Made by a program: the position numbers and the translations under genes
Notes under the pieces: model-generated
What the model was told of the DNA's origin: nothing
The model's database searches: none
Seen by the model: the letters and a program-made list of their open reading frames with translations, nothing else
Shown: piece by piece, positions 10,958 to 20,056 of the stretch
Layout: the number at the start of each line of letters is the position of its first letter
Numbering within the stretch: the first letter of the stretch is position 1
Source: Candidatus Poribacteria bacterium
Lineage (GTDB): Bacteria; Poribacteria; WGA-4E; PCPOR2b
Assembly (NCBI GenBank): GCA_965215015.1
Contig: OZ244042.1
Span: forward strand, 3,072,001 to 3,136,000
Direction: 5' to 3'
DNA: 64,000 nt

Positions 10958-11365
10958 TCAGCTCTGATTTGTTCTTTGAAGATAGTTTAAGATCCCTTCG
11001 GAAAAGACTATTTTATCAAGTCCATCAAAAGCAGCTATAGCGTTACGCGCAAGATTCAATATCGATTGTCCATCCTGAAAATCAAAGTAGATAGCAAGTT
11101 CATAGTCAAGCTCTCGCCGATGTCTATTGAGCGTTCTCAGGATTGTGCTGCAATCTCTGCCCTCGGGCATTCCAGCGTTAAAGAATGCCATTTGAATCTT
11201 GGTGTGTCCCCGATCCTTGTAATCGGGAAACGGCTCATTATCCCTCCACTATAACAAGACGTGATGATATACGGGATAGTAGGCTCTACACACTACAGTG
11301 CGAATATCTGCTTCGCAGAATTTTTGCAACGCGGGGTCATTAATTGGCAAAAGTGGAAATGCCAT
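10958..11365 (-). pseudogene. HEPN-domain protein interrupted by an in-frame TAG at 11249-11251
   Basis: Single frame reads MAFPLL...IRTVVCRAYYPVYHHVLL*WRDNE...GHTKIQMAFF...LNRHRRELDY...; RAYY, H and R..xDY are HEPN (UPF0332-type) hallmarks. Confidence 0.65.
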
Positions 11366-11397
11366 GATTTTCACCCTAATTTTGGTTGAAAGGCAAT

Positions 11398-13611
11398 CTA
11401 GAATAAAGCACGAAAAATCAAAATCAGTAGCACGACGCCGCCCAAAACCGCTAGCAGATAATTTTGGATCATGCCCGTTTGAACCTGCCTGACTCTGCCA
11501 CCGACCGACCAAGTAATTCGGGCGACCCAATTGACCAGTCCATCGACAAAGGTGTTATCGAACCACCCCGCGACTCGGGAACACCCTGCCTGTACAGCCA
11601 CACCGACCCCGTTGACAATTCCATCAATGATACGCAAATCAAACAGTCCGAGGACTTTTGAGCCTGCGACGGTCAGGGCAACAAGCACGCCATCGTAAAA
11701 TTCATCAAAATAGTATTTATTCCATAGCAGCGTGTAAATCGGTCGCAGCCTTGCTGCAACAGCGTCGGCAGAGAATTTTTTCCAGTAATAGAACAGCGCA
11801 GACAGTCCAATACCGAGAATAACGATAACAAATGATAACGGTACTACGATGTTATGCGCCTTATCGTGGTCTGGGTCATGGTGTACTGCTGCATCGTCGT
11901 GATGGGCATCTTCTGCGGCGTGTGCATCAGAAAGCCCTAACTGTGCGTGTAGGACGCCTTGACTTGAGTTGTGTCTCGCATGTTTAGGAGCGTGGATATG
12001 GGATTGCTCCGGTTGTTTTACATATTTTTCAAACGACCATTTGTTGACTATTGGAAAACTGAGAACGGCTAAAATAATCAATGGAATCGCCATCTTCCAA
12101 GGCGATTCGTGCACATGGGCGTGCATTTCTTGGTTGCGGGGTTCCCCGGTAAAAGTCATAAAGATGAGACGGAACATATAAAATGCGGTGATAACGGCTG
12201 CGAGGGCCGCCATGCCAAATAAAATATAGTGATGAACCGAACCCCAAGAGATTGCCCTGTAGAGTACCTCAACAAGGATAGCATCTTTACTCCAGAATCC
12301 TGAGAAGATATAAGGCACGCCAGCGATTGACAATGTCGCAATCAACATCGTCACAAAAGTGATGGGCATCTTATGTCTAAGCCCTCCCATGTGGCGCATA
12401 TCCTGTGCGGGGTCAATGCCAAAACTATCGAAAGAAGCGGCGTGTGCATTGGTATGCCCATGGTCGTCATCGTGAGCGTGGTCATGATTGTGGTCGTGAG
12501 CATGATGGGCGGTGTGGAAGGCATGGATGACGCTGCCAGATCCGAGGAACAGTAGGGCTTTGAAGAAGGCGTGTGTTGTGAGATGGAAAAGCCCTGCGAC
12601 ATAGCTCCCTGCCCCAATTGCCAACATCATATAGCCTAGCTGGCTGATGGTCGAATAGGCAAGAACCCGTTTAATATCAAACCGAACGATGGCGATCATT
12701 GCTGCGACTAGTGCCGTGAGGCCCCCAACATACGCAATGACTAAGGATGAATCCGCGGTAAGGATTGGGAACATTCGCGCGGTAAGATAAACCCCTGCGG
12801 CGACCATCGTCGCAGCGTGAATCAAGGCACTGACAGGGGTGGGCCCCTCCATCGCATCGGGAAGCCACGTATGCAAGGGGATTTGAGCCGACTTGCCAAC
12901 GGCACCGCAGAAGATTAGCACACCGGCGACCGACAACCACGTCAGATCGCCTGCGGTTAAGTTACTGGCAAGAGCGAAAATACCTTCATCACCGTAGAGC
13001 GATAAAGTGCGGAATTTGGTGAAAAGCATCATCATACCGATGAACATCCCGACATCTCCGACGCGGGTCGTCATGAACGCTTTTTTACACGCATTCGCTG
13101 GGGCATCTTGTTCAAACCAGAATCCGATGAGCAGATAAGAGCAAACACCGACAAGTTCCCAACCAATATAGATACCGAGCAGGTTGTCAGAAACGACCAG
13201 AAAGAGCATGGAAAAGGAGAACAACGACAGGAAGGCAAAGAAGCGAGGATAGCGGGGATCTCCGTGCATGTATCCGATTGAGAAGATATGCACAAGGCTA
13301 CTGACAATTGTGACGACGAGGAGCATAACGGAGGTCACGCTGTCAAAGAGGAATCCCATTGAAAAATTGACTGAGCCCAATGGGAGCCATGTGAGTGAGT
13401 GTATCTCTGCTCCATCGTGCGAAAATTTATCGGGGTCATTGACAACGTTTGTAAACAGGAGAACAGCGCAGACAAATGCCACAAGCATTGCTGCGGTTGA
13501 AACCAGATCTTGGCGGCGGTAATTACGTCCGGTCAGCGATAGGAGACCGAAAAACGCGAAAGCCGCAAGGGGGGCAAGCAAAATGATGCTAATGAGAGGT
13601 ACAACAGGCAT
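11398..13611 (-). CDS. nuoL: NADH-quinone oxidoreductase subunit L, with two His-rich insertions
   Basis: GKSAQIPLHTWLPDAMEGPTPVSALIHAATMVAAG, KRVLAYSTISQLG, HAFFKALLFL. Confidence 0.95.
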   Translation of the reverse strand: MPVVPLISIILLAPLAAFAFFGLLSLTGRNYRRQDLVSTAAMLVAFVCAVLLFTNVVNDPDKFSHDGAEIHSLTWLPLGSVNFSMGFLFDSVTSVMLLVVTIVSSLVHIFSIGYMHGDPRYPRFFAFLSLFSFSMLFLVVSDNLLGIYIGWELVGVCSYLLIGFWFEQDAPANACKKAFMTTRVGDVGMFIGMMMLFTKFRTLSLYGDEGIFALASNLTAGDLTWLSVAGVLIFCGAVGKSAQIPLHTWLPDAMEGPTPVSALIHAATMVAAGVYLTARMFPILTADSSLVIAYVGGLTALVAAMIAIVRFDIKRVLAYSTISQLGYMMLAIGAGSYVAGLFHLTTHAFFKALLFLGSGSVIHAFHTAHHAHDHNHDHAHDDDHGHTNAHAASFDSFGIDPAQDMRHMGGLRHKMPITFVTMLIATLSIAGVPYIFSGFWSKDAILVEVLYRAISWGSVHHYILFGMAALAAVITAFYMFRLIFMTFTGEPRNQEMHAHVHESPWKMAIPLIILAVLSFPIVNKWSFEKYVKQPEQSHIHAPKHARHNSSQGVLHAQLGLSDAHAAEDAHHDDAAVHHDPDHDKAHNIVVPLSFVIVILGIGLSALFYYWKKFSADAVAARLRPIYTLLWNKYYFDEFYDGVLVALTVAGSKVLGLFDLRIIDGIVNGVGVAVQAGCSRVAGWFDNTFVDGLVNWVARITWSVGGRVRQVQTGMIQNYLLAVLGGVVLLILIFRALF

Positions 13612-13635
13612 ATAATAATCTCCTAATGCGATTAT

Positions 13636-13913
13636 TTACTCGATTTCTGAGATAATATGATTCGGGTCACGGGGCCGTAATTTTTCTGTGGTACAATCTA
13701 CAAGCAGATCAAATTCTTCGAGGACAATTACTCCGATGAGTGCAAAATATCGGTTGGGCTCAATACTTGCGCGAAAAGTTGCTTTACGTCCTAAAAGTTC
13801 TACCAGAACATCAGCCACTAGCTTCCGTGGGACACTGCGTCCATCAGCACAACGAACTTGTATTTCATCAACTTCGCGCACGCCTAATTCTGCTGCCACA
13901 TCTTCGGGGGTTC
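13636..13913 (-). pseudogene. Clan AA (retropepsin-like) aspartic protease remnant lacking the N-terminal DTG catalytic motif
   Basis: PEDVAAELG...ADGR...LIGVIVLEEFDLLVD...KLRP C-terminal pattern; the upstream part of ORF 13636-14001 is repeat DNA homologous to 7671-7706. Confidence 0.7.
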
Positions 13914-14080
13914 CCAAGGGTGGGGCAGAACCTACCCTCGCTGAAATCGGGGTCGCCGAAACTGCCAAATGCACCAACATATGCCTTCTGTTGTAGGTCA
14001 ATTTTCCAAAATCAACGTTTCGGTGTCGAGATATGAATCTTGACTTAAAAGACTTCGAGGGTTCAACGGCGTAAGTCCTA
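13914..14080 (-). mobile_element. Truncated family A MITE-like element (one terminus only)
   Basis: Minus strand begins TAGGACTTACGCCGTTGAAC at 14080; 13917-13951 matches 7671-7706. Confidence 0.65.
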
Positions 14081-14104
14081 CTCCTACATATTAGGCACAG
14101 GAAA

Positions 14105-14413
14105 CTATCCCTTCAAAGTATCGGTCTCGTCAGGACTGATGGTACTGAACTCCCTATAAATTGCCAAAATAATGGCTAAAAAGACAGCGGCTTCGGCGGC
14201 GGCAAGGACTATCCCAAAGAGCGCGATGATCTGGCCACTAATGTCGTCGGGTGGCGTCACGAAGCGGGAGAAGGCAGCAAAATTGAGGTTACAGGAATTG
14301 AGAATCAATTCGATCCCCATCAGGATGCTGATAGCGTTCCGACGTGTCAAAACACAAAAGATTCCGAGACAGAACAGTATAATGCTGATGACAAGGTAAC
14401 TCTGTAAACTCAT
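14105..14413 (-). CDS. nuoK: NADH-quinone oxidoreductase subunit K
   Basis: RRNAISILMGIELILN, AAAEAAV; 3 TM segments. Confidence 0.95.
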   Translation of the reverse strand: MSLQSYLVISIILFCLGIFCVLTRRNAISILMGIELILNSCNLNFAAFSRFVTPPDDISGQIIALFGIVLAAAEAAVFLAIILAIYREFSTISPDETDTLKG

Positions 14414-14928
14414 TCGCCTCTGACCTCCTTACGAGAAATGAGTGCTGCACCAATCAGCGCGACCAGTAGCAGAATCGACACAATCTCAAATGGCAATAAG
14501 AATTCTTCCTTCATAATCATCTCGCCAATCTTCTGTGTTGTCGGTTCCTGCGAGGCTCCTACATCCACATTTTCCCATTGTGGTGTGTTTGTAATGGCAC
14601 TCAAAAGCAAGCCGAAGAGGATTAGTGATACAATGCCTCCCCAGAAAAGCTGTCCCCGCTCAAGCTTGAGCTTCAGGTCCAAGCGTCCACTTGTCATCAT
14701 GACTCCAAATAAGATCAGTACCAGAATACCCCCGACATAGACTATCACTTGGGTAGCAGCAAGGAAATCCGCTTGTAAAAAAACATAAAGCCCTGCAACG
14801 CTGAAAAGCGTAACCATCAGTGAGAAGGCAGCGTAGACGATATTTTTTATCGTCACAACAACCACTGCCGATCCAATGGTCAGCAGGGCAAAAAGGTAGA
14901 AAACCAATTGTTGGAGATTAAATTCCAT
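14410..14928 (-). CDS. nuoJ: NADH-quinone oxidoreductase subunit J
   Basis: QVIVYVGGILVLILFGVM, LPFEIVSILLLVALIGA. Confidence 0.95.
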   Translation of the reverse strand: MEFNLQQLVFYLFALLTIGSAVVVVTIKNIVYAAFSLMVTLFSVAGLYVFLQADFLAATQVIVYVGGILVLILFGVMMTSGRLDLKLKLERGQLFWGGIVSLILFGLLLSAITNTPQWENVDVGASQEPTTQKIGEMIMKEEFLLPFEIVSILLLVALIGAALISRKEVRGE

Positions 14929-14954
14929 GGGGAGACTCAATTACTTAATTTTGG

Positions 14955-15048
14955 AGGTTCATAATAAAAGGAAAGTGCACAGCGCGAAGATAAACCGAGT
15001 TTTTTCTTGAAAACTCGGGGGCTGTTGCACGATTTCTTAACATGAGCC
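14955..15048. mobile_element. MITE-like element, family B, between nuoI and nuoJ
   Basis: AGGTTCAT...TTTCTTAACATGAGCC with internal CCGAGTTTT/AAAACTCGG hairpin; inverted relative to the 1343 and 17169 copies. Confidence 0.7.
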
Positions 15049-15092
15049 AATTTTGGATTTGAGGTATTACGTCGTAGTTCACTTGCCCAGAT

Positions 15093-15764
15093 TTAGTCTG
15101 CGGCTTCTGCCTCGGTGGATTCATCAGCAGGTTGCTCATACATCTCTGGCTTCGCAAATTCGTAAATCAGGTCTGTCCGATCGAAGGTTGAGTACTCAAT
15201 CCCCTCACTAAGATTATCGAACATAATCAGGCACTCGGTTGGACAAACTTCAGTGCAAAGACCACAGTACATACAGAGCGACATATCAATGTCAAACTGA
15301 TCGAGGTAGAAAATGACCGGCTTCCGCTCAACGACATTAGCGATTTCCTCACTTGAAACAGTGACAGTTCTATCGTCGCGTGTCTTAATTGTGACAGTTG
15401 TATTGGGTGCTGGTTTCTCGTCTCCCTCAATATTGCCGACAATTTCTGTTCTATCTTTGAGATGGACCACGTTCATGCTATCCCAAAGCCGTTCACCTTT
15501 GGGCAGTTTTTGGGTAGTAATAGTAATACAATCAACAGGACAAATCATCTCGCATTTTTTGCAACCGATGCAGTCCTCAATGCGGTTGTGTAGCTTTCCG
15601 CGATACCCTTTGGGGATCTCGCGCACATTTTTCTTCTGCTCAAAGGAGCGGTCATAAGGATATTGGTGGGTGACGGAGGGTTGTAACAACTGTTTAAAGG
15701 TGATACGCATACCGACGAGGGCTGTATAAAGCCCCAGATAGATATTTGACAAATAGTGACGCAT
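15093..15764 (-). CDS. nuoI: NADH-quinone oxidoreductase subunit I, with an insertion of about 55 aa between its two 4Fe-4S motifs
   Basis: CIGCKKCEMICP and CMYCGLCTEVCP; T.QYP..YRG N-terminal motif; AAGGAGG RBS before 15764. Confidence 0.92.
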   Translation of the reverse strand: MRHYLSNIYLGLYTALVGMRITFKQLLQPSVTHQYPYDRSFEQKKNVREIPKGYRGKLHNRIEDCIGCKKCEMICPVDCITITTQKLPKGERLWDSMNVVHLKDRTEIVGNIEGDEKPAPNTTVTIKTRDDRTVTVSSEEIANVVERKPVIFYLDQFDIDMSLCMYCGLCTEVCPTECLIMFDNLSEGIEYSTFDRTDLIYEFAKPEMYEQPADESTEAEAAD

Positions 15765-15808
15765 GATGAAACCTCCTTGAGAGGTAAATTTGTACACCTT
15801 TGGCTTTT

Positions 15809-17122
15809 CTATGTTATCGCAGAAATTTGCCTCTCCGCTGAACTTGGCGGTGGTTCAGGGCCCTTCGATAAACTCTTACCTAGCACACCGAACGTGAAAA
15901 TGAGTCCAAGTATAATAACAACAATACTAATAATAATACTCAATAGCGAATCTTTCGGGAAAATCAACCCCCAGATACCGACGCCCAGAATATTGAAGAA
16001 TGAAATAGGTATAAAATACTTCCAACATAGATTCATCAACTGATCCACACGCAAACGCGGCAGCGTCCAGCGCAGCCACATCATGATGAACACCAAGAAC
16101 AGTGTTTTGATAGCGACCCCCAAAAGTCCACCGAGGGTGAGCGTTCTGAGGATAAAGCCGAGAATGCCGGCTTCAGGTAACATCCCTGCAGGTACAATCC
16201 CGTGCCAACCGCCGAGGAACAAAGTCGAAGCAATTGCACTGACCGCGAACATATTCGCATATTCCGCAATGAAGAATAGCGCAAAGCGCATACCACTATA
16301 CTCGGTGTGAAAACCAGCGACCAATTCGGATTCTGCTTCGGGCAGGTCAAACGGGGTTCGGTTGACTTCAGCAATTAATGATATGAAAAAGACGAAGAAC
16401 GCAATAAAGGTGAACGGTGTCCGAAAAATTAGCCAGTTTGCTATCCCGTCTTGTCCCTTGACGATTTCCTGCATATTCAAGGTCTGCACCAGCATGACAA
16501 CTGTCAAAATGCCGAGACCAATCGGAATTTCATAGCTGACGATTTGGGCGGCGGAACGCATCGCCCCAAGCAGTGACCATTTGCTATTGGAAGCCCAACC
16601 CGCCATAATCACGCCCATCACAATGACAGAAGAGATCGCCATAATATAAAAAATGCCGATATTTAACTCACTGACCAAAATGGACTGCCCAAACGGAATT
16701 GCGGCAAACACGGCAAAGGAGCAGGCGAAGATAATGTATGGAGAGACCACAAAGAGGAATTTATCTCCCTCCCGTGGGATATGGTCCTCCTTAAAAATGA
16801 GCTTAACCCCATCAGCTAAGGTTTGCAGGATACCATGCGGTCCCACTCGCATCGGTCCAACCCGATCCTGGATATGTGCTGAAACTTTCCGTTCCGCTAA
16901 AACAAGACCCAGCGGGAGTAGAGGAACGACCGCAACAAAAATGACGCAACATGCAAGCATAATTGCCAATTCGCCGAGCGGGGCGGGGAGATGTGCTAAA
17001 AATGGCGCATGATCTTGGACAAATCTGTGCGCCCAGCTTTCGGAGGATTGGACGAAAAATTGATGTAAGTTTTCAACCCCGATTGCATCGGAATTCACAG
17101 CAATTTGTAAACCGAGTGGCAT
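15809..17122 (-). CDS. nuoH: NADH-quinone oxidoreductase subunit H
   Basis: ERKVSAHIQDRVGPMRVGP, RSAAQIVSYE, NRTPFDLPEAESELVAGFHTEYSG. Confidence 0.95.
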   Translation of the reverse strand: MPLGLQIAVNSDAIGVENLHQFFVQSSESWAHRFVQDHAPFLAHLPAPLGELAIMLACCVIFVAVVPLLPLGLVLAERKVSAHIQDRVGPMRVGPHGILQTLADGVKLIFKEDHIPREGDKFLFVVSPYIIFACSFAVFAAIPFGQSILVSELNIGIFYIMAISSVIVMGVIMAGWASNSKWSLLGAMRSAAQIVSYEIPIGLGILTVVMLVQTLNMQEIVKGQDGIANWLIFRTPFTFIAFFVFFISLIAEVNRTPFDLPEAESELVAGFHTEYSGMRFALFFIAEYANMFAVSAIASTLFLGGWHGIVPAGMLPEAGILGFILRTLTLGGLLGVAIKTLFLVFIMMWLRWTLPRLRVDQLMNLCWKYFIPISFFNILGVGIWGLIFPKDSLLSIIISIVVIILGLIFTFGVLGKSLSKGPEPPPSSAERQISAIT

Positions 17123-17168
17123 TCAAACTCCTTAATCCGTGGAAGGCGATTCGCGAAGATCGACAGCG

Positions 17169-17260
17169 AGGCGCATGTTAAGAAAGCGTGCAACAGACAC
17201 CAAGTTTTTCCAAAAAACTCGGGATATCTTCGCATTTTATACTTTCTTTTTACATAAACC
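17169..17260. mobile_element. MITE-like element, family B, between nuoD and nuoH
   Basis: AGGCGCATGTTAAGAAAGCGTGCAACAG...ACTTTCTTTTTACATAAACC aligns with the reverse complement of 14955-15048. Confidence 0.7.
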
Positions 17261-17270
17261 GACATCGAAT

Positions 17271-18479
17271 CTAGCGATCGACCTCTCCCATGACAATATC
17301 AATACTTCCGATGATTGCAATAATATCCGCGACCATTAATCCGCGGCTCAACTCTTGCAACGCACTCAACGCTGTAAAGCAAGGCGATTTGGCTTTTACA
17401 CGCACCGGCTTCGGTGTGCCATCACTCACGATGTAAAATCCCAGTTCCCCGCGGGGGGCTTCGCTTCGAGAAAAGATTTCACCCTTGGGGGGACGCACGG
17501 CTTTCATCTCTGCCTGAACTGGACCATCAGGAAGGCCAGACTCAAGAATTTGCCGAATGATTCGGATGGACTGTTTCATCTCATCCATCCGGACTTTATA
17601 ACGATTCCAGCAATCGCCGGCGACCACACCAAACTCTGGAATATCTCTGCCAACCGGAATGTCAAAGTCGAATCGGTCATAAATGGAGTACGGTTCATCT
17701 TTGCGCAGGTCCCATTGTAATCCCGCTCCACGGAGGTTGGGACCCGTGACACCGTAGTTAATCGCCATCTCTGTATCCATGACAGCGACATCTGCTGTGC
17801 GCTCAATGAAGATACGGTTGGCTGTGAGCAGTGCGTTGTACTCATCGATCTGCGGCTCGAAATAATCGATAAATTCCTTAACATCATCAATAAAGCCCGG
17901 TGGTGCATCCCTTGAAACCCCGCCGACACGGATATAATTGTACGTCAGTCGTGCACCGCAAATCTTTTCAAAAAGCAGGAGGATTTTCTCGCGGTCTCTA
18001 AAGGCGTAAAGGAACGGGGTGAACGCACCGATGTCCATGCCATAGGTGCCGAAAGATAACAGATGGCTCCCGATTCGATTCAGTTCACCAATGAGCACAC
18101 GAAGGTATTCCCCCCGCTCAGGAACGCCGGGAAATCTTTTCTTTTCGTCCGTCGCCATTAACTCCTCAACCGCCAAACAGAATCCCCAATTCATATTCAT
18201 CGCCGCAATATAATCCATTCGATCGGTAAACGGAATAATCTGCTGATAATTCAGATTCTCGGAATGCTTCTCAAAGCAGCGGTGTAAGTAGCCAATATGG
18301 GGGATTGCATCCCGGACGACCTCACCATCTAATTTCAGCTCAAGCCTTAAAACGCCATGAGTGCTTGGGTGCTGCGGTCCCATGCTAACAATCATCTCGT
18401 CTGAAAATGGCTTCAGTTCAATAAATTTGCTTTCCGGTTGTGGTGCTGCCATGGTGAATTTCCTTAAAGTTTCAGCCAC
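17271..18479 (-). CDS. nuoD: NADH-quinone oxidoreductase subunit D
   Basis: MGPQHPSTHGVLRL, GYLHR, EAPRGELG, DIVMGEVDR terminus. Confidence 0.95.
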   Translation of the reverse strand: MAETLRKFTMAAPQPESKFIELKPFSDEMIVSMGPQHPSTHGVLRLELKLDGEVVRDAIPHIGYLHRCFEKHSENLNYQQIIPFTDRMDYIAAMNMNWGFCLAVEELMATDEKKRFPGVPERGEYLRVLIGELNRIGSHLLSFGTYGMDIGAFTPFLYAFRDREKILLLFEKICGARLTYNYIRVGGVSRDAPPGFIDDVKEFIDYFEPQIDEYNALLTANRIFIERTADVAVMDTEMAINYGVTGPNLRGAGLQWDLRKDEPYSIYDRFDFDIPVGRDIPEFGVVAGDCWNRYKVRMDEMKQSIRIIRQILESGLPDGPVQAEMKAVRPPKGEIFSRSEAPRGELGFYIVSDGTPKPVRVKAKSPCFTALSALQELSRGLMVADIIAIIGSIDIVMGEVDR

Positions 18480-18496
18480 CTTTAGCTGTGTACAGT

Positions 18497-19390
18497 TTAT
18501 TCTGATGGCTCGGTGAATTTGTCAGCAGAGGGCCATATCTCCATGATTATCTTAGCCAAGTATTTACTGCGCTCTTGGATGGCTGCTTCATCCCAGACAT
18601 CGGGGGCACCGTTTAGCAATTGCTTGTTAAGAAATAAGCTGCTATGGTTGTTTAATGTCCTTCGTTTTTCACTCCAGGGGTTGTTGGAGAGCTTTGCGTT
18701 CAACTTGGCAGTTATCAGAGTGAAATTCCCTATTGATTTAACGGCCTCGTCTCTGTTTTCGGTGGCTTCGGTCTCATCTGTATTTGGTAGTAGTGGCCAA
18801 TTCTGCTGCCACTTTTGTGGCATAATATGCTCGACAGTCAACTTAGCGGTGTCTCCAAGAGGCTCAGCGTCACCGCCTCTTAAATGCATTTCAACGGCTT
18901 CAAACACCATCTTTTTACGAGGTGTTGCGCCTCGCATTGGATTAGTAATAAGGTGCTCGTATAGCTCCCGGTCATTGGGCCATTGCGTGGCTAGTAAAAA
19001 TGCTACAATGGCATCGCTGGTGTCAGCAATTGCTTTCAGCGCGTCCGGGTCCACCAGGCACTTTAGGAGGTTCATGAAAACTTTGTTTAGACCAGAAGAA
19101 GGTATATCGCAGAGCATCCGTCTCACCAGATAGCTTTCCAACGCCTTGACACTCCTCAAACGCTGTTCTTCAGACACTTTAGATGTATACAACCAGAGCA
19201 GCAGGGGCGTGACCACGCCCAGTTTCATCACTTTCATCCGCTTTAAGAAGGTCTCGATTTCGGGAATTTCGATCTTCTCTAGGGCTTTGTAGATTTTCCC
19301 AGCATCTTTGAGGTCCTTTGCAATGGACTCAATGGGTGTTCGTTCACCTATCTGATAACGCCCTCGTTCTTGCTCCCTCTCCACGTACAT
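18497..19390 (-). CDS. DUF1524 / GmrSD C-terminal HNH-type nuclease domain protein lacking DUF262
   Basis: LESYLVRRM, TVEHIMPQ, IGNFTLI...N..LSN..W..KR, WDE..I..R motifs; start overlaps the nuoC stop (TGATG). Confidence 0.8.
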   Translation of the reverse strand: MYVEREQERGRYQIGERTPIESIAKDLKDAGKIYKALEKIEIPEIETFLKRMKVMKLGVVTPLLLWLYTSKVSEEQRLRSVKALESYLVRRMLCDIPSSGLNKVFMNLLKCLVDPDALKAIADTSDAIVAFLLATQWPNDRELYEHLITNPMRGATPRKKMVFEAVEMHLRGGDAEPLGDTAKLTVEHIMPQKWQQNWPLLPNTDETEATENRDEAVKSIGNFTLITAKLNAKLSNNPWSEKRRTLNNHSSLFLNKQLLNGAPDVWDEAAIQERSKYLAKIIMEIWPSADKFTEPSE

Positions 19391-19875
19391 CAGTAAGGCA
19401 CTCGCATCCCTCGATAAAACTCAGGCTCTGTATAATCCTTACGCATCGGGTAGCCTTCCCAATCGTCTGGAAGCAGGATTCGCCGTAAATCGCTATGACC
19501 ATCGAAGATAACCCCGAACAGATCGTACGCCTCCCGCTCATGCCAGTTGGCGGTTTTCCAGATATGCTCAACGGTAGGGACGTGGGGTTCTTCTTCTTTA
19601 GGGAGAACGACTTTCAGGACCAGTTTGTGGCGGTAGGTCATTGAGGAGAGGTGATATACAACATAATAGTTAAGATCTTTCGCGCCGAGATCAACGCCGC
19701 TCAAACACATCAAGAAATCGAAAGCCAATTCTTTATCTTTGGCAAGGTATTGGGCGACATCGGAGATCGACTCGGTGGCAACGACAATAAAGGGATCTGC
19801 AATGTCTTCTTCAAATGAGACGATTGATTCTCCAAATTTATCTTTTAGGTTTTCGTAAATTTCTTGTGGTGTCAC
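19390..19875 (-). CDS. nuoC: NADH-quinone oxidoreductase subunit C
   Basis: ANWHEREAYDLFGVIFDGHSDLRRILLPDDWEGYPMRKDY. Confidence 0.95.
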   Translation of the reverse strand: MTPQEIYENLKDKFGESIVSFEEDIADPFIVVATESISDVAQYLAKDKELAFDFLMCLSGVDLGAKDLNYYVVYHLSSMTYRHKLVLKVVLPKEEEPHVPTVEHIWKTANWHEREAYDLFGVIFDGHSDLRRILLPDDWEGYPMRKDYTEPEFYRGMRVPY

Positions 19876-20056
19876 GGAAAAGCATCAACGCTTTTGGAAA
19901 GCTGTCAGCAGCGTTGTAATTCCCCTTTCTTAAAAAATTGAACCTGTGTTAGTGCATTAAGTTCACTCGTTCATTAAATGTACCAATGAACAAATAGTTT
20001 TCACGTTTCACGCTTTTTACGTTTTGCACTTTCTGTTTGACATGAGCCTCCTAGGT

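Noticed and set aside
11249-11251. Amber read-through (pyrrolysine or recoding) in the HEPN gene
   Set aside because: TAG is used as a normal stop by several genes here (htpX, nuoD, nuoK, nuoL) and no pyl genes are visible; a nonsense mutation is simpler.
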